DNA from: a virus | Taxonomy: Duplodnaviria; Caudoviricetes | Length of the DNA stretch: 64,000 nt | IMG/VR virus record: IMGVR_UViG_2939201121_000002 | Span: 1-64,000 of that record | Direction: 5' to 3' (one strand) | Shown here: positions 31,504 to 41,445 of the stretch, in pieces | How positions within the stretch are numbered: the first letter of the stretch is position 1 | Layout of the letters: every line of letters starts with the position of its first letter | Notes under the pieces: generated by a model | What the model was told of the DNA's origin: nothing | What the model saw: only the letters and a program-made list of their open reading frames with translations | Database searches by the model: none | Position numbers and translations under genes: made by a program

Positions 31504-34500
31504 TTGATTCATGTAATGAATTTCAAAGGTGAAATCGTTGATTTTATATCACAATCAGATAGTGCGGTAATTCAAGCGGTGCATAAACGTGATATTAACG
31601 AACGTATGGAAACGTTTGATTTTACGATTTTATCTGAACGTACAACTCACATGCAAGAGCGTAATCGGATTATCATACAAGATAAAAACGGACAATACCG
31701 TGAATTCATTATCGACAGAATTTCGGCCGATATAGACGGTTATACTGAGGTTGAAACGGTCGCGTCATATCTTGAAGATATAACGAAAGCACGTCCGTAT
31801 ACACCTGGTAAACTAGAAAAGATGACAACAAAACAAGCGTTATCCGATGTATTGAAAGATACGGGTTGGGAAGTGTCTGACGCTACTGAATATGGTGGAT
31901 TACGTACAACATCATGGACATCTTATCAGACACGTTATGACGTGTTGCTTCAATTGTGTACGACATATGGCATGATGGCAGACTTTTATATAGAAGTTGG
32001 TTCGAATCGCGTAGACAAACGTCTTGTCGTACTACGGAAACGCAATCCTTTATTTAAAGGCAAAGAAATAACATACGGCAAAGACTTAACAGGTTTAAAA
32101 CGTATTGTCGACTTCTCAGAAATCAAGACAGCATTGTTGTGTGTTGGTCCCGAACCCGAAGAGGGAAAAAAGCGTGTTGAATTAGTCGTTAAAGATGACG
32201 AATCTCAAGCGAAATACGGCTTACCTGGTCGATATAATTGGGGAATATACGAACCTGAAACAGAAGACCAGAACATGACTGAAAAACGTTTGCGAACTTT
32301 AGGTACAACAGAACTCAATAAACGTAAGTCAGAGGGCATCAGTTATGAAGTAACTGCAATAGATATTGAAAAAGAGTATAAACACGAAATCGTTAATCTA
32401 GGTGACTTAGTACGTATTAAAAACCGAGATTTCACACCACCTCTTTATGTAGAAGCTGAAGTTATATCAGAAGAATATGACTTAATCAGCAAAGATGTGA
32501 CGTATGGCTTCGGTACGTATAAAGAATTTAAAGAAAGTGATTTAAGAAGCTCATTCGACAGAAAAATAGACGCTATTCGACAAAAGTTAAGCGATGGTTT
32601 ATCAAACGTTAATACAATTGTTAAAGAATCGATCGAAGGCGAATTACAGTATTTTGAACGTAAGATATTAAAAGGCGATACACCACCAGAAAAACCAGTT
32701 AATGACTTACTTTGGTTAGACACAAGTAATCCTAAAGTAGCTGTATTACGTCGTTACTGGAACGGTGAATGGATTAAGTCATCAGCTGAAAATGCTTCTG
32801 ATGTTGGCGCTGTTACTCGTGAGCAAGCACTATATAGTGAATTAAGTAATACATTCGTAAACTTAACGATACAACATAGTCGACTGATACATGAAGTGTC
32901 TGACGTTTTAGAATCTGAATATCTTGTTGATACCGACATAAAAGCAAAAGTAAATAGCAAATTGAACGATACAATTGGTGTATTCAACGAGATTAAGCAG
33001 AGTTTAGATAGTATGACGAGTGAAACGGCCACAATCGGAAAACTTGTTGATACACAAGCGCTATTTCTTCAATATCGCGAAAAAATGCAAGCATTATACA
33101 ACACGATTGAAAACGCAAAAATCGCGATTGATGAGCGTTTTAAACTTTTGCAATCACAATATACAGATGAGAAATACAACGAAGCTATGGAGAAAATTGC
33201 AAGTGCTTTACCAGGTGGCAACTGGAACGCTGAAACAGGTCAGCTGACTGGAGATATCCCGAATGAGGAACGTTTAAACGAACTTGAAATCGGACTACAA
33301 GAAACTTTTGCATCTCAAATTAACGGCGCTAATCAGCTTTTAAAAAATCAAGTCGACGCAGAGTTGTTACAGTTAAAAGATGAAATTACATTGTCAGTTC
33401 ATTCTGTTAATGAAAAAATTGATGGTTTAGGTGACGGTGTGAATTTGCTTGATTCGTATAACTCAAGCCGTCCGGTTTCTATAAATAAAGACATCGTTTC
33501 AACAAAATCTTTTCAAGGAGAATACTATGCTACAAAATTATATACCGCTGATTATCTAAAAACCATATTAATCCCAGGCGAAACCTACACATATTCTTAT
33601 GAAATGGAAATTGTAGGACTATCTGAAAAAGAGGTCCCTTATACTAAAAAACACGGGATTATTTTTTATAGCAGTTCAGTTGCTAAAGATAGAATTATGT
33701 CTTATCAAGATGTTGAGAGGACGATTGGAAATAAAATCAAGTATACTCGCACATTTGTAGCGCCTGTAATAACAGACCATAGATTCGTTGCTTATGCAGG
33801 TTTTTACACTGACGACGGTACGCTTAAATATCCAATAAGTTCGAACTTAGTAGAAATAACAAATTTTAAACTCGAACGAGGTACTAAGGCAACACCTTAC
33901 ACCGAATCGATTAATGACAGATTAGAACCTATCAAAATACGCACGACAGAAGCTGAAAACAGCATTAAAGTGTTACAAGATAGTTTACTACTCACAGCAA
34001 CAAAAGAGGACGTACAACGCACGTTAGACGACCAGTTAAAGCCATTAAAAAATGAAGTGAATGAACAAAAAGCACAACTACAAATCATGTCTGATTCAAT
34101 TGACAGTAAAGTAAGTCAATCAGACTATACAACAGATAGGAACGGTATTGTTGAACGTTTAAACAGCGCTGATTCTCAAAGACAACAATTAAGCAATCAG
34201 ATTAGTGATAGAGTGACGATTAGTGAGTATCAAAGTGGTATTGAGGACACTAAACAACAAATTAACAGCAAGATAGACTCAATAAGTATCGGTGGGGAGA
34301 ATATTCTTGATGGAACTAAAAATTTTACAGCACCGTTTTTAACTAACCTTATTGAAAAGTATGGGCTGAGAACAAACGGAGAACTTATCTCTTTAGATTA
34401 TGACTCTGAAAATAATCGCATTGCTTGGACTACAAGACAATTAAACATTGATGTGCTACCAAACACTGATTACACATTAAGTTATGATGCTAAAACACAC

Positions 34501-36549
34501 GATGGAATCGAACAAGGTGTAGCATATACACCTATTATGCGATTACAAGACGATGGTTCTCAGTTTAATCCTTCAAAATATATTGCTACTGGAGATACCT
34601 ATAAAAATACAACAAACGAATTTAAACGTTATTCTTTCACATTCAATACTGGAGAAACTAAAAAAATAAATATTTATTATACTTCTAAGAATGTTAATTC
34701 CTTAGTTCAAATCAAAAAAGTCAAATTAGAACAAGGAAATAAAGTAACGTCATATTCTGAATCGCAAAATGATATTAATGAACGTATTGTTAAAGTACAA
34801 TCTGATGCAGAAATGTCCGCAAAAGCATACGCAGACGCACAAGACGCGTTACGTAAAACGGAAGCACAAGCATATGTCGATGGCATTGTTTCAGCAGAGG
34901 AACAACGAGCGATAGCTGATGCGCAAGCGAAGTTAGAACAAGCAAAAAAAGACGCTAAAGCTAAAGCGGATAATGCCGAAAATCTTGCTAAGCAACACGC
35001 TAATACCGTATCGACTAACGCTGAGACCAAAGCGAAAGCATATGCAGATAGCAAAGTACAACAAGTAAATCAAACACTTACAACTCACGAAACACGCTTA
35101 ACTCAAAATGGTAAAGATATTGCGTTAAGAGCAACACAAGAAGAGCTCAATGCAAGTAAAAAAACATTATCACGTGTAATTGCTGATTTAACTGTAAACA
35201 CCACAACAGGATTAACGCTATCATATGACGAAAATGGTTCGATACAATCGCACACGGTTGGGCCTGATGGGATTAAACTCGACACCTCAAAATTCGTTAT
35301 TAATGACGGTGATGTTATCGTTCAAAATGGTATCACAACAATTAAAGATGCATATATCGATAAGCTATTTAGCAAACAAGCTACAATTGAGTATTTAAAA
35401 GCAACTGACATTGACTTAAATCGTGCTACAATAAGTGGCTCAAAAGACGGGGAATCAACCGTTTTAAGTGGTGGAAAAATACGTTCTACAGGTTCATTTG
35501 CACGTACTTTTCCACAAGGTAGTGTTACTTATGAAGCCTTCACGGAATCTTGGAATGGGGTTTACCGTTCAGGATTGATTTCTAAACAATTTGGAAATCG
35601 AAAATTAACAAATATTGAGCGTTGGCTTGCTTTAACCGATAAAACAATAACAACTCAAAGGGAAATACACAGCATGTCTCCGGACAAGCGTGGCGCCCGT
35701 TTTATCGATTTTTTTGCGGAAGAAACATATAGCAGTGATGTGTTTGGTCAAGGTATGCACGTTTATTCTGGACAAGATTTAAAGATTGAAGCAGGTTATC
35801 GTTTATCTTTTGAATCTTCAAATTCATGGTATACACAATTTTTAAGCGGAGGTGTGGAAGTTGTTAATGATGGTGCTAGCTTAGTTTTAAAACGTCAAAG
35901 CGGGTTTACTTCTCAAGCAGGTATCGGTGGACAATATATTATATTACAAGCTTATGATGGTGCTGAACATGGGCATTTAGGTATTCTTTCTAACAATAGA
36001 CATCTAAGTTTAAAATCGTCTTTTGGAGAAGTGCATTTAAGAGGCAACCAAGTAAAAGCACTTAATTCTGAGGGTACATCACTTACATCGATTACTGCAT
36101 CGGATTTTGATATTTCTGGCGTAGGACGGGTCGCTTTTGAAAACGGAGATGCGTATTTACAAGGTCAAACAGGAGTGAGGTTTACGAGATATAAATCGAA
36201 CACTTTTATTACTGCACAAGCAAAAGATTTTGTAAAAGCATCTTCTAGATATTTAAAAACTAACATCGAAGATTTAAAAGATGGATTAGAAACAATAAAA
36301 AAACTAACCCCCGTGAAATACGATTATATTAGCGATTTACAAGAGGGTAATACAGATGGTGACATTGGTTTTATTGCTGAGGATAGCCCCTCTATTTCAG
36401 TAAATAATGGCAAAGCGATTAGTGTTCAGAAAATTGCTACATGGGCGATTTTAGGAATACAAGAATTGTCAAAAGAAAATAAGGAATTACAAGAAGAAAT
36501 TGCAGATTTGAAAAGTAAATTTGATATTTTGTCAGAGGTGATTAAATGA
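31504..36549 (+). CDS. Tail spike/Tal protein with coiled coils, putative carbohydrate-binding inserts and C-terminal S74 chaperone domain
   Basis: Tal-like N-terminus; KLERG..ATPY repeats; SSRYLKTNI...GFIAED tail. Confidence 0.85.
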   Translation: MIHVMNFKGEIVDFISQSDSAVIQAVHKRDINERMETFDFTILSERTTHMQERNRIIIQDKNGQYREFIIDRISADIDGYTEVETVASYLEDITKARPYTPGKLEKMTTKQALSDVLKDTGWEVSDATEYGGLRTTSWTSYQTRYDVLLQLCTTYGMMADFYIEVGSNRVDKRLVVLRKRNPLFKGKEITYGKDLTGLKRIVDFSEIKTALLCVGPEPEEGKKRVELVVKDDESQAKYGLPGRYNWGIYEPETEDQNMTEKRLRTLGTTELNKRKSEGISYEVTAIDIEKEYKHEIVNLGDLVRIKNRDFTPPLYVEAEVISEEYDLISKDVTYGFGTYKEFKESDLRSSFDRKIDAIRQKLSDGLSNVNTIVKESIEGELQYFERKILKGDTPPEKPVNDLLWLDTSNPKVAVLRRYWNGEWIKSSAENASDVGAVTREQALYSELSNTFVNLTIQHSRLIHEVSDVLESEYLVDTDIKAKVNSKLNDTIGVFNEIKQSLDSMTSETATIGKLVDTQALFLQYREKMQALYNTIENAKIAIDERFKLLQSQYTDEKYNEAMEKIASALPGGNWNAETGQLTGDIPNEERLNELEIGLQETFASQINGANQLLKNQVDAELLQLKDEITLSVHSVNEKIDGLGDGVNLLDSYNSSRPVSINKDIVSTKSFQGEYYATKLYTADYLKTILIPGETYTYSYEMEIVGLSEKEVPYTKKHGIIFYSSSVAKDRIMSYQDVERTIGNKIKYTRTFVAPVITDHRFVAYAGFYTDDGTLKYPISSNLVEITNFKLERGTKATPYTESINDRLEPIKIRTTEAENSIKVLQDSLLLTATKEDVQRTLDDQLKPLKNEVNEQKAQLQIMSDSIDSKVSQSDYTTDRNGIVERLNSADSQRQQLSNQISDRVTISEYQSGIEDTKQQINSKIDSISIGGENILDGTKNFTAPFLTNLIEKYGLRTNGELISLDYDSENNRIAWTTRQLNIDVLPNTDYTLSYDAKTHDGIEQGVAYTPIMRLQDDGSQFNPSKYIATGDTYKNTTNEFKRYSFTFNTGETKKINIYYTSKNVNSLVQIKKVKLEQGNKVTSYSESQNDINERIVKVQSDAEMSAKAYADAQDALRKTEAQAYVDGIVSAEEQRAIADAQAKLEQAKKDAKAKADNAENLAKQHANTVSTNAETKAKAYADSKVQQVNQTLTTHETRLTQNGKDIALRATQEELNASKKTLSRVIADLTVNTTTGLTLSYDENGSIQSHTVGPDGIKLDTSKFVINDGDVIVQNGITTIKDAYIDKLFSKQATIEYLKATDIDLNRATISGSKDGESTVLSGGKIRSTGSFARTFPQGSVTYEAFTESWNGVYRSGLISKQFGNRKLTNIERWLALTDKTITTQREIHSMSPDKRGARFIDFFAEETYSSDVFGQGMHVYSGQDLKIEAGYRLSFESSNSWYTQFLSGGVEVVNDGASLVLKRQSGFTSQAGIGGQYIILQAYDGAEHGHLGILSNNRHLSLKSSFGEVHLRGNQVKALNSEGTSLTSITASDFDISGVGRVAFENGDAYLQGQTGVRFTRYKSNTFITAQAKDFVKASSRYLKTNIEDLKDGLETIKKLTPVKYDYISDLQEGNTDGDIGFIAEDSPSISVNNGKAISVQKIATWAILGIQELSKENKELQEEIADLKSKFDILSEVIK

Positions 36550-36710
36550 ATTTAGAAAACATGGATAAAAACCAACTATTGAACGAAGTAAAATATTTAA
36601 ATGCCTTAATTCAAACTTTAGTAAGCAAAAATGCTGAATTAACATTAAGTGTGGCAAATTATGAAACACAAGCAAGATTGAATACAGATAATGAAGCGTC
36701 TGACGAATAA
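36546..36710 (+). CDS. Small coiled-coil protein
   Basis: GAGGTG RBS, ATGA-type coupling. Confidence 0.55.
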   Translation: MNLENMDKNQLLNEVKYLNALIQTLVSKNAELTLSVANYETQARLNTDNEASDE

Positions 36711-36756
36711 GTTAGGCGTTTTTATTATATATAAAATTATTTAGGAGGAATTTATT

Positions 36757-37047
36757 ATGGAACAATTTACAGAATTTTATTTAGTAGAGGTTAACAAATC
36801 AGGAGAAGAAAGCGCATTAATGCAGAACTATTCAAACAGCTTCGTTCGTGGTGCATCACCTGCAAATGCGTATAAGTTTAAAGACGAAGAGCAAGTTAAA
36901 AAAGTATGTGCAATGCAAAACATGCTTGCTGGAATTTTTAACAACGGTACAAAAACATACTATGTTAAGCAAGATGTGACACGTGAAAAATTTAAAGAAG
37001 ATGGTCAGAAATACGAAGAACTATCAACGAGAGAAGAAACAAAATAA
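36757..37047 (+). CDS. Hypothetical tail-region protein
   Basis: AGGAGG RBS, ORF. Confidence 0.65.
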   Translation: MEQFTEFYLVEVNKSGEESALMQNYSNSFVRGASPANAYKFKDEEQVKKVCAMQNMLAGIFNNGTKTYYVKQDVTREKFKEDGQKYEELSTREETK

Positions 37048-37084
37048 ACCTCTAAAAAATTAGAGATAGAGGAGGTATCGTTAT

Positions 37085-37507
37085 TTGAAAAAGCAAACTT
37101 TTAGTGAAACGATTGCATTTGTTTTAATTTTCGGCTTAGGCGCTTTTACTTTTGTAAGGGCGCTTTTTTGGTCTTATGAACAAAACGAAGTGCTCAACGA
37201 CTCCGAGTTTTATACCAAATTAAATGAAGTGATGCCGATTTGGCTTTGGGGCGTGTTGTTAATGATTGCGTCGTTGATTTTGATGTTGTCAGTATTCTTT
37301 TTGCCTAAACAACCATATAACAACGTCTGTAATTACTTGCTTATGTTCGGTGGTTTTTCAACTGCTATCATGTATTTTTTGATGACAAGTGCAAGTATAT
37401 TCAATGCGATTAATTGGCTTACATGGGCGCAATTTGCTGTCTTAACGGTTGTGTGTGGTGCGATTGGTTTTCTTGGAGGTGCGGCGATTTATGAGCGTAG
37501 AAGATAA
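37085..37507 (+). CDS. Multi-pass membrane protein of the lysis region
   Basis: Four hydrophobic segments. Confidence 0.7.
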   Translation: MKKQTFSETIAFVLIFGLGAFTFVRALFWSYEQNEVLNDSEFYTKLNEVMPIWLWGVLLMIASLILMLSVFFLPKQPYNNVCNYLLMFGGFSTAIMYFLMTSASIFNAINWLTWAQFAVLTVVCGAIGFLGGAAIYERRR

Positions 37508-37886
37508 ATTCGTGTTACGGCACGAATGGGAAAAGTCTCGTGGAAAGATTTACGAAAAGATTAATGAAAACGATCGTAAACACACAGAAGCACTGAATAA
37601 ATTAGAAAAAACAGTTGATAGACAGGTTTTATTACAACAAAGTGCATTTGAATCACAAAAGCGCTCAGAAAAACACCTCGAAACATTAAACGAGACAATG
37701 CTCAAATTTGGCAATGACTTTACGGAGATTAGATTTAAAGTGCAAACACACGATGAAAAGTTAGAAGATATTTCAAACGACATCTCAGAAAAACAAAAAG
37801 GAAATGTTCAAATTACAACGACGATAATTACAGGCATTTTTGGCGTTATCATGGCAGCACTAGGCATAGCGCATTACTTTTTTTAA
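37491..37886 (+). CDS. Coiled-coil protein with C-terminal TM (lysis accessory)
   Basis: GGAGGT RBS; coiled coil plus TM. Confidence 0.65.
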   Translation: MSVEDKFVLRHEWEKSRGKIYEKINENDRKHTEALNKLEKTVDRQVLLQQSAFESQKRSEKHLETLNETMLKFGNDFTEIRFKVQTHDEKLEDISNDISEKQKGNVQITTTIITGIFGVIMAALGIAHYFF

Positions 37887-37930
37887 GGTCGGCACTGATG
37901 TGTCGGCTTTTTATTTTAGGAGGATTAAAT

Positions 37931-38179
37931 ATGGAAGATAAAATCAAACAATTTATAGCGCTAATAGGTGGCTTTGTAGGTGCTTTATATCTGGCGTTAC
38001 AAGCTAGTGGAATCAGTGCGGAATGGATTAATCCGCAAGCAGTAGATGCGTGGATTAACGTATTAAATACAGGTGTGCCATTAACTTTAGTGGCGTATGG
38101 CGTGTGGAAGAATACATTTATCGTTAAAAAGTCAGCGCGTGAACAAGAGGAATACTTGAAAGAGAAAGGGCTGAAATAG
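37931..38179 (+). CDS. Holin
   Basis: Two TM helices, WKNT...A...L.EKGLK tail, directly before the lysin. Confidence 0.85.
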   Translation: MEDKIKQFIALIGGFVGALYLALQASGISAEWINPQAVDAWINVLNTGVPLTLVAYGVWKNTFIVKKSAREQEEYLKEKGLK

Positions 38180-38180
38180 C

Positions 38181-39641
38181 ATGTTAACAGCTATTGACTA
38201 TCTAACTAAAAGAGGTTGGAAAATATCGTCTGACCCTCGCGCATACGACGGCTATCCTAAAAATTATGGATACCGCAATTATCAAGAAAACGGTATTAAT
38301 TACGATGAATTTTGCGGTGGGTATCATAGAGCATTTGACGTGTATTCTAACGTGACTGATGATGTGCCAGCTGTAACGAGCGGAACAGTTACGGAAGCAA
38401 ATGACTACGGTAATTTTGGCGGTACATTTGTCATTAAAGATGACAACGGCAATGAATGGATTTACGGGCATCTCGTAAGGGGTTCAATGCGTTTCGTTGT
38501 TGGTGACAAGGTGAATCAAGGTGACATTGTTGGTTTGCAAGGCAACAGTAACTATTACGACAATCCTATGAGTGCGCATTTACATTTACAATTACGTCCT
38601 AAAGATGCGAATAAAGATAAAAAATCTCAAGTGTGTAGCGGATTAGCGATGGAGAAGTACGACATTACAAAATTAAATGCAAAACAAGATAAATCTAAAA
38701 ATGGGAGCGTGAAAGAATTGAAACACATTTATTCAAATCACATTAAAGGTAATAAGATTACAGCGCCGAAGCCTAGTATTCAAGGGGCGGTTATTCATAA
38801 TGACTATGGAAGCATGACACCGAGTCAATACCTACCTTGGCTTTATGCACGTGAAAATAACGGTACACACGTTAATGGTTGGGCAAGCGTGTATGTGAAT
38901 CGTAATGAAGTTTTATGGTATCACCCAACCGACTATATCGAATGGCATTGTGGTAACCAATGGGCAAATTCTAATTTAATTGGTTTTGAAGTGTGTGAGT
39001 CATATCCTGGGCGAATCTCAGACGCGTTATTTTTAGAAAACGAAGAAGCAACGTTAAAAGTAGCTGCGGACGTGATGAAATCGTACGGATTACCAGTAAA
39101 CAGAAACACGGTTAACTTACACAATCAGTATTTTGGTACTTCATGCCCACACAGATCATGGGAATTGCATGTAGGTAAAAACGCACCATATACTACTGCA
39201 AATAAAAACAAACTGAAAGATTATTTTATTAAACGTATTAAGCATTATTATGATGGTGGCAAGTTAGAAGTAAGCAAAGCAGAAACTATCAAACAATCTG
39301 ACGTTAAAAAAGAAGTTAAAAAACAAGAAACAAAACAAGTTGTTAAGTCAACAGATTGGAAGCAAAATAAAGACGGTATTTGGTACAAAGCTGAACATGC
39401 TTCATTTACAGTGACAGCAAATGAGGGAATCGTTACGCGTTACAAAGGTCCTTGGACTGGCCACCCACAAGCAGGCGTATTACAAAAAGGTCAAACGATT
39501 AAGTATGATGAAGTCCAAAAATTTGATGGTCACGTGTGGGTATCGTGGGAAACATTCGAGGGTGAAACGGTATATATGCCAGTGCGCACATGGGACGCTA
39601 AAACTGGTAAGGTCGGCAAATTATGGGGAACAATTAAATAA
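38181..39641 (+). CDS. Endolysin, phage 2638A-like (M23 peptidase, amidase, SH3b)
   Basis: 486 aa; HRAFD/HLH, amidase HND...TSCP, SH3b DGHVWVSW; N-terminus closely resembles Ply2638A as recalled. Confidence 0.92.
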   Translation: MLTAIDYLTKRGWKISSDPRAYDGYPKNYGYRNYQENGINYDEFCGGYHRAFDVYSNVTDDVPAVTSGTVTEANDYGNFGGTFVIKDDNGNEWIYGHLVRGSMRFVVGDKVNQGDIVGLQGNSNYYDNPMSAHLHLQLRPKDANKDKKSQVCSGLAMEKYDITKLNAKQDKSKNGSVKELKHIYSNHIKGNKITAPKPSIQGAVIHNDYGSMTPSQYLPWLYARENNGTHVNGWASVYVNRNEVLWYHPTDYIEWHCGNQWANSNLIGFEVCESYPGRISDALFLENEEATLKVAADVMKSYGLPVNRNTVNLHNQYFGTSCPHRSWELHVGKNAPYTTANKNKLKDYFIKRIKHYYDGGKLEVSKAETIKQSDVKKEVKKQETKQVVKSTDWKQNKDGIWYKAEHASFTVTANEGIVTRYKGPWTGHPQAGVLQKGQTIKYDEVQKFDGHVWVSWETFEGETVYMPVRTWDAKTGKVGKLWGTIK

Positions 39642-39674
39642 AGCATGATATACTATGTATATCCACGACATGAA

Positions 39675-39706
39675 AGGGTAGCCGTAATGGTTACCCTCTT
39701 TTTTTG
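39675..39706 (+). terminator. Rho-independent terminator after the lysin
   Basis: AGGGTAGCC/GGTTACCCT stem plus T-run. Confidence 0.8.
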
Positions 39707-39756
39707 TGTTCTGAAATTAGAAAAAACAGCAAAGCGTGAGAGTAGCTAATAACTCG

Positions 39757-40422
39757 CTACTTTTTTGAACTTTTAATGTTAACATCTTCATTGGAGAGTT
39801 TACTTACAAAGTCAGCATGTTTCAATAAGTCACTGTTAATTTTTTTGTTTCCAATTTTAATTAGTCTAATTTGTATTCCTTCACGTCTTGCTTGTTTTAA
39901 AGCCGGAACAAAGTCGGCATCGCCTGTAACTAAATAGATTCTATCAACTATATTATTATTTGATAACCAAGCTACGTCTAAACCGATTTTAATATCTACC
40001 CCTTTTTGCTGAAAATCTGGAGCAAAGTCGTTATCAGTAAGTTTTAATGTATCTTTTATTGTACCTTCTCTTATCTTTTTCAATACTGGTTCTTTTAGCT
40101 TCCAGCCTCTAAACATTGTTTCTCCTAATCTCATAGCAATATAATCAAGTTGCGAAAGATCTTGTATCAATTCACTAGAATATTTATTTATTTTTGATTC
40201 GGAAAAATCAATTTTCTCTTTGGAAATAGGCTTTTCAACAGTTTGTTTATTTGGGCTACCTTGATAATAAAAAATCCTAAAAAGTTCTTCCTCTTTTTCA
40301 TTAATCAAATTAGTTAAGAAGTTATACTGTGAACTTAAATCAGGATATTGCGTTGTATTTTGAGCGTCTCTTATTCGGTGTAATAAGAATTGGCCATCAA
40401 CTATTATTGCTACTTTTTTCAT
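39757..40422 (-). CDS. NYN (PIN-like, LabA/DUF88) ribonuclease moron
   Basis: IIVDG, QKGVDIKIGLD, LVTGDADF acidic motifs. Confidence 0.9.
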   Translation of the reverse strand: MKKVAIIVDGQFLLHRIRDAQNTTQYPDLSSQYNFLTNLINEKEEELFRIFYYQGSPNKQTVEKPISKEKIDFSESKINKYSSELIQDLSQLDYIAMRLGETMFRGWKLKEPVLKKIREGTIKDTLKLTDNDFAPDFQQKGVDIKIGLDVAWLSNNNIVDRIYLVTGDADFVPALKQARREGIQIRLIKIGNKKINSDLLKHADFVSKLSNEDVNIKSSKK

Positions 40423-40442
40423 TTTTTCCCCCTTGTCTACAG

Positions 40443-40554
40443 AAAAAGCTCTGCCCACGTATAAAAGTTTGGCAGAGCTATAGGTATTTTATTGTTTTGA
40501 GGTCTGTATGCGTGACCTTTATATAAATATAAGGAATAATAAGTTTTTTGTCAA
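40443..40554 (-). promoter_or_regulatory. sigA promoter and terminator-containing leader of the NYN gene
   Basis: TTGACA (40554-40549), 17 bp, TATATT; AGCTCTGCC/GGCAGAGCT stem plus U-run before the RBS. Confidence 0.7.
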
Positions 40555-40618
40555 CAATTTATATCCCCTTTCTAATTTATCTATACGTGTCACTGAATGG
40601 TTTTGTTATAATTAAATT

Positions 40619-40713
40619 GAAATAGCGGTACACATCTGCGGAGTGTACTTGAGGTCAACTGTTGCGACGGTTACCTATTTACCCGCCACACCCTAACCGG
40701 TGTGGTATTTTTT
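40619..40713 (+). ncRNA. Candidate small structured RNA
   Basis: TGnTATAAT at 40604-40612, two hairpins, CCACACC/GGTGTGG terminator, no ORF. Confidence 0.45.
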
Positions 40714-40746
40714 ATGAGAAAAATCAAAAAATTAGTGAAAAAGGGG

Positions 40747-40775
40747 TTGTGTTGTCACGGTTCTCGTGATATAAT
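40747..40775 (+). promoter_or_regulatory. Promoter with embedded palindromic operator
   Basis: TTGTGT, 17 bp, TATAAT (extended TG); TCACG-N5-CGTGA in the spacer. Confidence 0.7.
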
Positions 40776-40805
40776 GAATATAGAAATTAGGAAAGGGGTG
40801 AAGAA

Positions 40806-40943
40806 ATGAACCGAGTCGAGAGAGAGGAAGCTCTCAAAGAAAAAAAGATAAGGCGTTATAAGGACATTACAGAAATTGTGCGAAATGTAATGGCTATCCT
40901 CATAAGCCTTATCACAATAATCAAAATGATAGTCGGGGGTTAA
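40806..40943 (+). CDS. 45-aa peptide with charged N-terminus and C-terminal TM
   Basis: AAGGGGTG RBS; MNRVEREEALKEKKIRRYKDITEIVRNVMAILISLITIIKMIVGG. Confidence 0.6.
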   Translation: MNRVEREEALKEKKIRRYKDITEIVRNVMAILISLITIIKMIVGG

Positions 40944-40982
40944 TCCCCCCCCTCGACTTCATTATATAATGAGGTGATAAAA

Positions 40983-41078
40983 ATGACAAATAAACAGAAA
41001 GATATTATTGCGATATTCTTTAACATAGTAATAATCTTGTTATGCTTCTTTGGCATTGTGTATATGTTAAGTAATTAA
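40983..41078 (+). CDS. 31-aa hydrophobic peptide
   Basis: GAGGTG RBS; MTNKQKDIIAIFFNIVIILLCFFGIVYMLSN. Confidence 0.6.
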   Translation: MTNKQKDIIAIFFNIVIILLCFFGIVYMLSN

Positions 41079-41103
41079 TTATCGACTCGGTTCATTTTAA
41101 AAT

Positions 41104-41301
41104 ATGGAAAAAGAAATATTGACAAAAGTTAAACAACTTCTTGAGAATCAAACAAGCTATAAGATTTCTAAAGAAACAAAGCTACCATACCAAACAATTC
41201 AGGATATAAAAAACGGTAAAACTAAATTATTAGAATCAAAGTTTAAAACTGTAATACGTTTATACAACTATCAAAAACGCCTCGAGAAAGAAAAAGAATA
41301 A
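41104..41301 (+). CDS. Small HTH protein resembling anti-CRISPR-associated HTH domains
   Basis: SYKISKET...TI...G......RLYNYQK pattern. Confidence 0.7.
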   Translation: MEKEILTKVKQLLENQTSYKISKETKLPYQTIQDIKNGKTKLLESKFKTVIRLYNYQKRLEKEKE

Positions 41302-41445
41302 TAAAACACCCCGCCTGCAATAGGTGGGGTGAAAGTGTCAAACGCGTGTCAATTTAGTCTATTTTTGTCTAGTTTAGTCACAAAGTTAAAGTGATGAAAA
41401 GCCGATAATCACGCTGTTTCAGTGCTAAACACAATATAAAGGTTT

